This document shows positions 27,846 to 43,330 of a DNA stretch of 64,000 nucleotides, one piece after another. A program made the translations under genes and the position numbers. The notes below the pieces were generated by a model, which was not told the DNA's origin, ran no database searches, and worked only from the letters and a program-made list of their open reading frames with translations. Source of the stretch: the human T2T-CHM13v2.0 reference genome, Homo sapiens; the NCBI RefSeq assembly GCF_009914755.1, contig NC_060925.1; one strand, 5' to 3'. Numbering within the stretch: position 1 is the first letter of the stretch; each line of letters opens with the position of its first letter.

Positions 27846-30800
27846 AAACAGTAAATTTCATGTAGCTAAATGCCTGACACCCTGCCCAGAAGCAGAGGGG
27901 TGGTCTGGGTTCTGGGATTTGAGTTAATTGTCCTTCACTGGGGGAAACCAGTGCCAATTAGGCAAATACATCAAGTCCCAGCAGGTCCTGCAGCAGGCTT
28001 GCTAATTGACTCCAACCCAAGAGACCCCAGCTTGGACTTACAGTGGCCTGTGTCTTATTGATTTGTAATTTACACTCCATTCACATGCAGAGGGATTTGA
28101 GGTGACTTATAAGATTAAACCTGCATGCAACAGGACAGTTAGAAATAAAGTGAGACAGCTAAGAGGCCACATAGCAAAGTGATTAAAAGAGTACCTGGTT
28201 CAGCTCCTGGATCTGCTGTGTACTCGCTGTGTGATGTTGGGCAGGTTACTTAACCTCTCTGAAGGTTATTTCCCCCATCTGCAGGAAGGAAGGGATGAAG
28301 GGAGGTTGGTTCAGTAGGAATATGAATGGATACATATGTGAGATACTAGTGGATGAACAGGTGGTAGAATACTGGGTGAGTGGAGTGGGACAGATGGATG
28401 GGGTGACAGGGTGGGTAGGTGGATGGATAGATGGGTGGGTGGGTAAGTGGGGACAATAATCAATTATCGCATGGGGCATTGTGAGCATCAAAACAGATAA
28501 TATGTGTGACAGCTCAGCGCAGTAAGTACTTTGGATTATCTACTATGTGGAGCCATCTTGATACCAGCGACTGCATTTCCTGGAGGAACAGCTCAGACAC
28601 CCAGACTGATGATGTCAGCAGGAAAGAGCATTTAAGGTCTGGGTGGGCCTGGGTGATCAGGAGTAAGGTGGTTTTAATAGAGAGGCTGGTGGCTACCACA
28701 GTGAACCAGACTTGGCCCTGCCTACAAGGCACTTAGAGTCCAGTTGAGGGACAGATGAGTAAAAGAAAGTTGCAGGACAAGGTGACAAGTATAATGATGG
28801 GAGACACATATAGGACTCTGGGAGCCCCAGCACCAGGGTCATCAGGGAAGCCTTCTCAGAGGAGAAGACATTTGAGATGGGTCTTAATGAACATGTCTGA
28901 GTGTCCTAGGCAGGCCAGGAGGGCGAGGGACATGGCAGGGAGAAGGAACAGCACCTCGAGTGCCAACTGTGGAGTGAGGCTGTGTCCAGTGGGCAGAGGG
29001 GAGATGCACACAACTTAGAACCACTCAGAAGGGGTGCAGCTATAAGCAACTGGGGTTCCCAGGCCCCCTGCCTTCATTAGCCAGCCTGAGGGTATCTCAG
29101 CTCTGCCACGTCTTGCAAGTGACTGCCTCTCTGAGCTTTCCTCCCCTCTTCTGTAAAATGGCCCTGACAATTGGTCCTCCCTCAGTGGGTCCCATTAGGA
29201 TCTCAGGAGATGAGTATTAACGTGGCAGGCATTGTTCCATGCACACGGTAGCTGCCCAGTAATGCCAGCTGCCATGATGATACTTCTTTACCTGCTGAAT
29301 AGATGTGAAAACTGTGGGTTCATTTAAGTAAAAAGGCTTTAAAAATTAAAGAATCACTGGGCAAATGCTGGCTGTGAGATGCAGCCTGGTATGTCGGGAA
29401 GGCTTGAGGGCGACTGGCCTGGGTTCAGTTTCTGATTTACTATGTGGCCTTGGTCAAGTCACCTAAAATGGGACCAGTAGCAGGCGTCCCTCAGGGTTGT
29501 CATGGGAACTAAAGGAGCACTTAATGTGTCCAGGGCTGTTCCCGTCCCTGCCTCCCTTCTTTCCCTTCCCCAGCAAGCCCTGGTGTTCATTTACCACCCA
29601 CCCCACCCCCAGCAACCCCGTCCCAGACCCCCATCCATCATCCTGTCCTTTGCCGAGGTTAAGTGGGTCCCCAAGTAGCGAATCCAAACTCTCCCAAAGC
29701 CCTGGCTGCACAATGTGGCCCGCTGTTAGTGAGCAGCCAGGCTGGCCCGGAGGATTGGGTTTCAGCCGGGGCGGCCAGTGCTGGCGGATGCCCAGGCCAG
29801 CGGCAGGCAGGCAGGGGACAGAGCAGAGGAGCTGGCGTCACAGGGACTCCTCCGCCTAGGCCTGAGAAAACAAGAGCAGGCTCCAAGCAGGCAACCGAGG
29901 CAGAGAAGGGCCTCTGAGTGGTGGGAGGACGAGAAGGGGTGTGTGCTATGAGAGTCCTCGGGCAGAAGGATTTTACATTAGCTGGGTTCTCTTTCCTCGA
30001 GACTGAGGGCTGAGCAGGGGGCCGAGGTAGAAAAACAACGTGCTGCTAGTTGGTAGATTTCACTTTAGAAAATCTGCATTCTTCTAGGAGCTAGTCGGGG
30101 GCTTCTCTGGCATCTCCACCTCTTGCCTTGCTTTGGGCCAGTGAACCCAAGGCCATCCTGGGCTCCCATTCTCATGATGTTTATAGAGGAGAGGGCTCAG
30201 GAAACTCAGTCAGGCTGGCCTGGGTTCAAATCTCAGCTTGGCTTCTTTCTGGCTATAGGACTTGGGGCAGATCTCTGAGCCTCTGCAGTCTCAGTTTCCT
30301 CATCTGTACAGTGGGATAAAGGTATGGGCTTTACAGGGCGTGCAGAGGGTTTAGCTCAGAGCCTGGCAACGATAGCACTGGTAGATGAAAGCAGTGATTC
30401 TTCCTTCCCTTTCCTGAGGCAGCATAGTCTAGTGGCTTCTGGGATCAGACCAAAGGGATCAAATTTTACCCTGCCCCTTACTGGCCTTGTGGCCTTTTGG
30501 AAGTCCTTGATCTCTCTGAGCCTTGGTTTCCCCATAAGTTTGCTCTGGGATGTAAATGAGACAATATCGATGAAGTGCCTGCCCCTAGGTGGCCTCCACC
30601 ACCTTTCCCTATGGTTCTGTATGGTCCAGCCTTTGCATACTGTAAAAACCTTTGGCTCCCAATGCCTCCTTTGATCCTCAAAACAACGCAGTGAAGTATA
30701 CAGAGCAAGGATTTTGTCATCTCCATTTTACAGATGAGGAAACAGAGGCTCAGAGAGGAGAAGTGACTCTTCCAAGCTTGTCAGTGTCCTTGTCTTCTCC

Positions 30801-32688
30801 TGGAATTTCTAACTTGGACCATGAAAAGAGTGCTGTGACCATGGACAGTCCGGGTCAGGTCTCCAGGCTGTGAATGGCATCTTACCAGGCCACGAGATCC
30901 CAGCCAGGCCTAGCTTCAGGCCACCTCAGCCCCACCAGCCCCAGACAGGGTGCAACAGGAACCGCTGGGAAGAGCCTGGGCTGGCATCTGCTGCATGGGT
31001 CTCACACCAGGCTGATTTGCTGCCTAGGCTACAGGCCACTGGTCAGTCTGTAGGCGAAGACCCGTGGGTGTAGCTATGAGGTGTCTGTTCATCTTCAGCT
31101 TCAACCCTTCCCCCAGCTGGCCCCCAATTCTAGCCTAATTTCCTCTGCCAAGACCACTCTGTGACCCAGCGGTTCTCAGAGCAGACCACATCACTACCCT
31201 CTTCAAGAATCTTCCATAGCTCCCTGCTGCTTATGGGAGAAGACCCAACCTCCTTAGCCCCACATTTGAGAGGCCCTCCACATTCTGGCGCCCTGTCCTG
31301 TGCTACCATCTCCTTCTGTGAAGCATTTTGCTCCCACTACATGGGACGGACACTCCAGCATGGCGCAGTGGCTAAGGACATGGGCTTTGGTGCGAGGCAG
31401 ACCCGGCTCCATCGCTTCCTGGCCATGGAAACCTTGAACAACCTCTCCAAACTTTGATTTCTCCATCTGTAAAGGGAGATCCTAAAGTACTTACTTCACA
31501 AATAGTTAACGATGAAATGGGATAATGAGTGCTAAGCGCTTGGCCTAGAGCCCACCACTGAGAGCCAGTCATCAGTTTTACGATTGCCCAGCCTTCCCCG
31601 ATGTCTTACACTTCTGTGCCTTTGATTCTGCTGGGCCCTGTATGTGGCGTGCCCTTCCCTCTCCTCCCAGCTCACATGCCACCTCCTCTGAGATGCCTTT
31701 CCAAATTTCCTGCTCAAAGCTACTCCCTTCTTCCTCTGGGTTTCCTGGCTCCTGGCCGGGACCAGCCGTCTCACTCCGCCTCTCCCTGCAGTAAGTTCAC
31801 ACGTCGGGCACTAGTCTGGGAGCTTTTTGAGGGAAGGGCCTGCTGATCTGCCTCTGTGTCTCCAGTGCCTGGCTCAGGGCCTGGCACACATCGGGTGGAG
31901 GAGATGTTCATTGAATGACCATGACTTTGTTACTTAACCCAGCCAGAGCAGGAGGAGTCAGGACAGCTGCCAGGAAGAAGGAAGAAGGAGGCTTTGAGCT
32001 CAGTTTTGGAAGAGAAGTTAGCCAGGCTAACAAAGCAAGAAGGGCCAGGCGTTCCAGGCAGAAAAATCTAGAAAGGTCAAGTCACCAGTGTTCAGGGAGG
32101 TAAAGTGACTTCTGCAAGCAGGAGGAAATTTTGGATGGCTGGATACGAGAGACACGGAAGACGGTGGCTGGAAGGTAATTAGCTGGCCTGCTTGGCAGGG
32201 GCCTCGAGTACCTTGTTAAGAGCTAGGACTTGATCCTTCAGGCAGCAGGAGCTCTGAAGGGCGATCACACATGGACTTTAGGAACATCACCCAGCTGCTG
32301 TGTGGAGGTTGGATGCATGTGCTAGTGCCAGGCCTAGTTCTCAGTGTTGAGGGTACAGCGGTGAACAAGGTGGATGCAGACCTCCCCTACATGTGGGCCC
32401 TGGGAGACATCAGAAGAACAGGATTCACCTACATGGTGTCATTTAATTCTCACAATGACCCATTTTACAGATGTGGAAACTGAGGCCCAGAGAGCAGAAC
32501 TGGCATTCCTGCAATTGTACACTAGAGTGCCAGAGCCAAGATTCTGGCCTGGGCAGTCTATGTCCCACTCCCCTGCTGCCCTCCTCCTGCCCCTTGCTAT
32601 TCTCACACAGGCCCATGCAGAGAGAGAAGATAAATGCACACACACAAGCCCTGATGACTTTGTTGTTTTGTGTTGTCTGTTTTTTAAG

Positions 32689-32779
32689 GCTATGGCCATG
32701 GCATCTTAAAAATAACACAGTTGTGAAAAGAGATGGATGTGGGTTCCAGTCCTAGCCCTGCCTGTGTGCACTTATGCAG
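32689..32779 (+). CDS. EPHB2: Candidate alternative EPHB2 exon (91 nt, partly MIR-derived); ATG at 32737 encodes MWVPVLALPVCTYA in frame with exon 2
   Basis: Branch-like ctgatgac, U-rich tract and aag| at 32688; donor GCAG|gttggt after 32779. The 43 coding nt give phase 1, matching exon 2. Confidence 0.55.
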
Positions 32780-32925
32780 GTTGGTTCTCCTGTCTGGCCT
32801 CAGTTTCCTCGTCTGTGAAATGGGGTTAATAATAGTATATACTTCTGGAGGTTGCGCCTGAAATGGCATTTAGAGGGCCCTGGCCAGCGCTTGGCATGTA
32901 TAGGTGCTTAATGAAAGTTTCTTCT
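32720..32925 (+). mobile_element. MIR overlapping the candidate alternative exon
   Basis: gggttccagtcctagccctgcc...ggcctcagtttcctcgtctgtgaaatggggttaataatagta...ggcatgtataggtgcttaat. Confidence 0.8.
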
Positions 32926-34079
32926 TCATGACTTTGGAACACTCACATACTGTCATTAGTGCAGACAAACAGCATCTGTGGTCCTAGAGAATTACAGCCC
33001 ACAAGGGGATCAGACAGAGCTGGCTAGGGGTGGATCGGAGAATAGGGAGCAACCACCCGCTCCAGCCTGAGAGCAGGCAGGCCCCCTGCAGCCACCTCCT
33101 TTCAGCCCAACGCTAACGACTTCAGTGTGTCTCCCCTTTAAGTTCAAATATTTCTGAAATGTACACTGCTCATTCACACATAGCCAGAGGGGCCATCGGG
33201 CCTCCCCAGCCCGGCAGTCAGGGCCTCCTGATTGCTTTCTTCTGTGCAGCCTCCAGGAAGGAGAGGGGGTGTGGGTACGGTAGGGATAGGGCCAAAGTCA
33301 CTCCCATGGCTGGGCCCCTGTTTTCACACTGAGGAAGATGCTCTGGGCTGGTGGCCCTAGTTCCAGCTTTTGCCTGGATGCTAAGAATCTGTGTAGCCTC
33401 TTTCTTCATCTATCCATTGGGATTCTTTTAAATGGGCACTAAGAGCAGCCAAGGTCTGGGAACCGGACATTTCAACAGGGTGGGAGGGCCTAAGGGCAGG
33501 TGAAACGGCAAAGTTGGCAGAGTGGGAGGTGGGTGGTACCAGCGAGGCTGGCAAGGATGTGGGGAGACAGGGATGATCCAGCAGAGGGGCCTCAGAGAGC
33601 TGCTAACCGTTCATGGCCCTGTCCTGTGCTACCTGGGCAGCCCCTGCTTAACCCCTCCAGGCTCAGCTCTTAGCTCCCACCACTTCCAGCCCCACCCTTC
33701 AGCCAGCGCTTGATTCCCACAAACCCCGCTGTGGCTCAGCTCACCTCCTGGCCTTTGCCTCTGCTTCCCCTCTGCCTAGCGTGCCCCTCCCACTCCACAT
33801 CAGTCACTCCCCACTCACCCAGTCTTTAAGCCTCCATGCAGGCGTCACGTTCTCCTGGAAGCCATCCCTAAATTTGGCATTTTCTTCCCCTCCTTCCATA
33901 TTCATTTCCTGTAACCTGCAATAAACCATGTACATCCTCATTGTGATCTTAGCCACATAGTGTGGTGATTAATTATCTGTGTACAGTGACAACAGCTTCC
34001 CCTGCAGGAGAGATTGTCACCGTCACAGTGGGGATGGAGATAGAAACATTTCCAGAGCTTCAGAGGCAGCTCGAGGGAG

Positions 34080-34345
34080 CCCAGCAGCTCCCAAAGTATG
34101 GGAAGTGAAATGATGTTCCGTACTTTGCAGACAAACATTTTTAATTGTAGTAGTCTGTGTTTATTTTCCTTCCTGTCATGGCAAGAGATATTGGTTTTCC
34201 ATTTATAATCATGATTACGCTTTTTCCTCTTTAAGATGCATTTAAGAAAGAAAAGGAGTCAAGTGGAAGAAAAAGTAGTAACTAAATAATTGTACAGGTT
34301 GTAGTTGGAAATGGCTAAAGTCATTAATGTTGTCTGTATGAAAGG
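34080..34345. mobile_element. hAT-Charlie-type (MER113-like) DNA transposon fragment; related pieces at ~7860-8035 and ~42735-43620
   Basis: Shared degenerate end motif (aaataat.gtacaggt.gta...aaatggc.aaagtc...tgaagtttg..aaacac). Family name assigned from memory. Confidence 0.5.
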
Positions 34346-35534
34346 CTCAAGCCTGGCCAACCCTAGTGGAGCAGAACACTGGCGTATGCTCAAGCCTGGC
34401 AGATGGGGAGAGGAGGCCCGTGTGCCAAGCCCTGTGCTAGGTCTTAGGGATCCCAGGACCAGGACCCAGCACCACCTCTCAGGGGACCACAGAGCTTTGG
34501 GAGATGATAGCAAATAGGGGTAGTTACCACCCAGAATATCTTCAAGTGCCGGGATATCTCGAAGCACCCGTGGCTGCAGAGCTTTGGGGCAGAATGGATT
34601 TAAGAGGACTTGCTAGAGGAGGTGACCTGAGTCGAGACTTCACAGATGAACATTAGGGCAGGCCAAGAAGATGTAGAGGTGAGAAGGTCAGAAGGAACAG
34701 TATGTGTGAGGTACAAGGGTGAGAAAACACCACATTGTCTGTGCGGAGTGAGACGGCCAGTCTCTCCACCTACTCATAGCTAACTGGAGTGCAGCTTGAG
34801 GGTGGAATAGATGTGTGATCTTGGGCAAGTTCCTGGGGCTTTGGAAGCCTCAACTTTCTCATCTATGAAATGGGACAGTATCAAGTACCTCTTGGCATTG
34901 TTGTGAGAATGTTGGTGAGAGATTCTGGCTCCTAATAGGGTCTCAGCAGACGTGAGTTCTCTCCCTTTGTAGATTTTTGGGATTGGAGGGGAGACGTCTG
35001 GTGTGTTACAGGGTGGAAAAAGGATGTGATGGTGGTGGAAACAGAGCTTGGTTTCCTGAACCCACTAAGTTCTTGAGGCAATAACTATTAACTCCAGATT
35101 CCCCAGAGAACAGAATTTGACTTTTGTGCTTAGTTTGAGAGGAACAAAGAGGAAACTCAGGGCACCCCAGGGAAAGCAGCATCAGATGGACTGGGACGGG
35201 CTCCATGGAGGCTGTAGCCACGGAGCAAGAGACTGATGCTTGTCAGATGTTGGCAGGCATATCTGGGAGGTGGGGGAGGCCAGGCAGACTAAGTTGGAGC
35301 CTCTTGGGCCTGCCTTTGCTTTCAGGGGCACCTAGTAAGCCCAAAGGAGGAAGCAGTATGTGCAGGCACTGGGTGGGCCAAAAAGCACTGCACACCATCT
35401 AAAAACAGCAGCTATTACTAAGTGAGGATCTACTTTGTGCTGGGCTCCAAGCTGCTATACTTCCAGACTCGGAAGGTATTTTGGCCATTTTCCAGGTGAG
35501 GAAACTGAGGCTTAACAAGAGGTAGAACAAATAA

Positions 35535-35812
<278 letters not shown>

Positions 35813-38384
35813 AAAAGGTCCATTTGTAATAGTCTGTGTTTATTTTCCTTCCTTTTATGGCAAGTGATATTGGTTACCAAGCAAGGAAGGGACAGAACTG
35901 GTGTTAGAATCCAGATCTCTGTTACCTCCAGAGCCCAGGTCTGTCTGCTCTGCTCATCTGCTCATTTGCCTTTTGTGCAGAGGTAGAGGGAGGGGTTAAA
36001 ATTGAAAAGCAAAAGACCAGGTTGGGGAGAGAGCATGCTTGTGCTGCCTCCTGCCACAACCCAGAGGGGTGACAGGTTTCCCAGAGCCAGGCCTCCAGGC
36101 AAAGCCAGGAGTGGCACAGGAGAAGGGAGCAGAGGAGATGCCGGCCCTCTACCTCCTCCCAAGGGGATCTGCAAACTTCATGTCCTTTGCGTTCCCTTTG
36201 TGTCTGCAAACCAGCCAGCCCATTTACTTCCAGTCCTTCTGAGATCCTCCCACTGCTTTGGGCCACTGCTTTGGGCCAGGAGAGGTAGAAGACACAGGGG
36301 GACAGTGGGGCCCCCCACCCTAAGCTTCTTGGGAGCCCAGAGTATGAGCACCAACTTTTAGTGTGTGACTTTGGCAAGCCATTTGCCCTCCTTGAGCCCA
36401 AGTTTCCACCCGTACGATGAGGATGTCAGTTCCTGGCCCCTCCTTCTCTGGGCCATGGAATCCTCTAGTGTTTGGCCTCTGGGTCAGCCCAGGAATCTAG
36501 CCAAGGGATGGGGCCACCTGCTTGGCAGCCTTGCCTCCCCTGCCCGACCCTCTTCTTGTCCCAAGCACAGTCTCTCCTCTGCCTTGTTCGACACAGCTCC
36601 CAGCAGCTGTTCCCTGGGCCCAGGCAGAGAGCCCGGCTTGGCGCGTCTCTGGCTGAGGCCGATGAGAGAAAACAGGTTAAAAGTTCAGCCCTTGTTCTCT
36701 CCAGGAAGAAAAATCTGTAGCATTCGGAGTGTGAAAAGGAACCCTTTTTTCAGCTCCAAAGCTGCATAATAGAACTTCCCTCCAATTTGCCATCAAAAAG
36801 ATGCCCTTGGCACTGGCTCTACCATCCCTGGCACCCTTACCCCACACCCCCTCCCTGTGCCAGCCCCCAGTGCAAAGGGACACAGTGACCACAGGCAGTC
36901 ATGGGGATGCCAGTGCACAGGGACACAAGCCACAGGCAGTTGTGGGGACACTTCTGCATCCTCTCTTGTCAGCTCATGGGTCTGACTGGGGTCACCTCTG
37001 ACCAAATGCTTCCTCCTGTCCCCACCCTTTATCCCCTCCACCCCTGCCATAGTTCAAACCCTAATTATCTGCCATTTGGACCTTCTCAGCTGCCTAGACA
37101 CTGGGCACACAGCCCCAGTCTCCTGGTCCTTGTCATTTAGCCCAGACCATCAAACTAATTGTTTCAAGTGACTGAAAGTTTATAGGCTAGGAGGCAAGAC
37201 ACCTGCACTTCCCACTGTGTCACCAACTCCTATGCAATCTTTGGAAGCCCCTTCTCATCCCTGTGCTTCAGTTGCCCTGTCTCCAAAAGGAGGCGGTTGG
37301 GCTGGACCAGGGATAGCATCTCAAATGGTTCGTATTTGTTTCCTGGAACACTGTGGCAAGAAGCATCATGTGGCCACAGTATGGGGACTGATGAGTGATG
37401 CCTGCCCTGGGCACAGAATTGGAGCATGGCAACAAGCATACCTCTCACCCACTCTCACTGAGCGAGGTGGTGTCACTGTGACCTTCTAGGTCTCTCCCCC
37501 TACTCTCTCATAGCTGTTTATATTCACACCTCATCTCCACTACCAGACCAGGAACTGCTCCATGGTAGGGTCTTGCTAGCCACGGTTTTCTCTCTCAGGG
37601 CACCCAGTGCAGCGCCTGGTACATAATGGGCATCAGGATATTTTGTTGAATGAACGCTTGAAAGGGGTCCATTTAAATTCATTCGGTGTATTGCAATTCC
37701 ATTCAGAAAGTGTTTGGAAGCCAGAGAGGCAAGGAAGGGGTAGAGGACAGGGGTCCTGAACCTGACCTGGGGAGAATGGGGGTCTCTAGGGCCATGTGGC
37801 TCTTCTTCCCCCTAGGCCACGTGGCTCCCTGCAGCTGCTGGAATCGGGGGAGGCAAGTGGGGCCCAGGATGGTCCAGGTGCTGACATGTCTCCTGAACCC
37901 CCACAGGCCATGTGACAGTTGGCCCCTACTGGGTGCAGTGCTTGCTCTCAACACTTCTCCACTCCTGGGACCCTGTCCTGGGGGCAGAGTTGCCTGAGCC
38001 CTGGGGGAGGGGCCCCAGTGATAGGAACATGATGGAAGGCTCCAGGTTTCTAGAGAAAGGGAGAGTGTCCTGACAAGATGTGTGCGCCAGAGGAGCAACG
38101 AGGGGAAACTGAGGGGTCTCAGCTGGGACACAAGCACAGCCCCTCTAAGGCCCAAGTTCGTTTTTGAGAGTTTGATGCAAGCTGAAAAGCAAACAGATCC
38201 CAGAGTTTGATGTAAAATATCAAGGGTTTAGTGGCAGAGCCTCGGAAACCCATCCAGTAGACTCCAGGTTTAGTGGATGTAAGACCCTCCTCGTCCAGAA
38301 AAGGAAGGGAAGGACAGTACCTAGGTTAGTGAGACTAGACTGGCCTAGAGGTAGAGCCTGACCATGATGTAAGGGTGGACTTGG

Positions 38385-38535
38385 CCTGGAGGGGCGGGGC
38401 CTAGAGGAGTGGCATCAGATGATTGGCTAGGCTGTGGGGGTAGGCGGGATAATGGAGTAGAGAGGCGGAGTCTAAACCGAGGGCAGTCTGGAGAGTTAGA
38501 GTCAGATGACTGGGGCAATGGAAGTAGGCGGGGCT
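38385..38535 (+). promoter_or_regulatory. Cluster of GC-box (Sp/KLF) motifs plus an inverted CCAAT upstream of exon 2
   Basis: ggggcggggc, aggcgggat, aggcggagt, aggcggggc and gattggct within 150 bp. Function untested. Confidence 0.35.
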
Positions 38536-38573
38536 CTCAGTAAAGAAGGATGAGGGCCCGGCCGTGGGGGTCT

Positions 38574-41925
<3,352 letters not shown>

Positions 41926-42610
41926 TGGGAAGAGGTGAGTGGCTACGATGAGAACATGAACACGATCCGCACGTACCAGGTGTGCAACGTGTTTGAGTCA
42001 AGCCAGAACAACTGGCTACGGACCAAGTTTATCCGGCGCCGTGGCGCCCACCGCATCCACGTGGAGATGAAGTTTTCGGTGCGTGACTGCAGCAGCATCC
42101 CCAGCGTGCCTGGCTCCTGCAAGGAGACCTTCAACCTCTATTACTATGAGGCTGACTTTGACTCGGCCACCAAGACCTTCCCCAACTGGATGGAGAATCC
42201 ATGGGTGAAGGTGGATACCATTGCAGCCGACGAGAGCTTCTCCCAGGTGGACCTGGGTGGCCGCGTCATGAAAATCAACACCGAGGTGCGGAGCTTCGGA
42301 CCTGTGTCCCGCAGCGGCTTCTACCTGGCCTTCCAGGACTATGGCGGCTGCATGTCCCTCATCGCCGTGCGTGTCTTCTACCGCAAGTGCCCCCGCATCA
42401 TCCAGAATGGCGCCATCTTCCAGGAAACCCTGTCGGGGGCTGAGAGCACATCGCTGGTGGCTGCCCGGGGCAGCTGCATCGCCAATGCGGAAGAGGTGGA
42501 TGTACCCATCAAGCTCTACTGTAACGGGGACGGCGAGTGGCTGGTGCCCATCGGGCGCTGCATGTGCAAAGCAGGCTTCGAGGCCGTTGAGAATGGCACC
42601 GTCTGCCGAG
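41926..42610 (+). CDS. EPHB2: EPHB2 coding exon 3 (685 nt; phase 0 start, phase 1 end): ephrin ligand-binding domain plus start of Cys-rich region
   Basis: Acceptor ctgacgagcattttacccacag|TGGGAA and donor TGCCGAG|gtaagg. Translation [22 protein letters not shown]...[13 protein letters not shown]...[26 protein letters not shown]...[30 protein letters not shown] is recognisable as human EphB2. CpG-rich, GC3-biased coding pattern. Confidence 0.99.
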
Positions 42611-43004
42611 GTAAGGGCCAGGGTGGGGCACGTGCCCCTGCAAATGCATAGAACTGGTCTTGGCTGCAGACTCGGGCTGCAGACTTGGGCCTGGCCTCTG
42701 AAGCTTAGAGCTGACCATGAGGCACTCTAGGGCCAGGGTTTCCAAACCAGCAACCATCGTTCAGCTTCTTAGAGGGAGGCACTTGAATATAGCACTTTCT
42801 GAAAACGATCCGCGCACATGCCGCAGGTGGTATACCAGATAATCTGGGTTGGCACAGGATAAAGGTTTTTTGTTTACATCATCATATGAGTATGTCAAGT
42901 GGTGTCAATTTCTTCCTTTACAAAGGTGATATGGTTCCCCTTTTAAGAAAACGTATGTTATAGTAAGTAACATTTATATATTAATAAGTTAACATATTTT
43001 GAGC

Positions 43005-43330
43005 TTTTACTCTGTCAGTATAGACCAGACAATGCTGAAGTGACCAAACAATAAAAGTTTATTTCTCCCCTTAATGCTCCATGTCCATTGTGGATCAGCT
43101 TGGGACTCCTCCCTCTGAGAGCCAAATGGATGGAGCACCACCATTCGGGATGTTGCCATCTGCAGGGCAGACAGATGGAAGGAGTGTGGCAGTTGGAATA
43201 CTGGCTTTAAAGCTTCCACCTGGAATGCGCCCCCGCCATAACCTCTGTGCACATTTCACGGGCCAAAGCAAGTCACAAGGTTACTTCCTATTCAAAGAGA
43301 TGGAGAAGTGCAATTTTACTGTGAGCCAGG
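43005..43330. mobile_element. Old MLT1 (K/J-like) LTR fragment
   Basis: aataaaagtttatttctc..., ttaaagcttccacctggaa, and ggccaaagcaagtcac. Confidence 0.65.

Noticed and set aside
41935-42651. 238-aa ORF boundaries as listed
   Set aside because: The true exon is 41926-42610. The listed start is an internal GTG (Val) and the tail is intronic.
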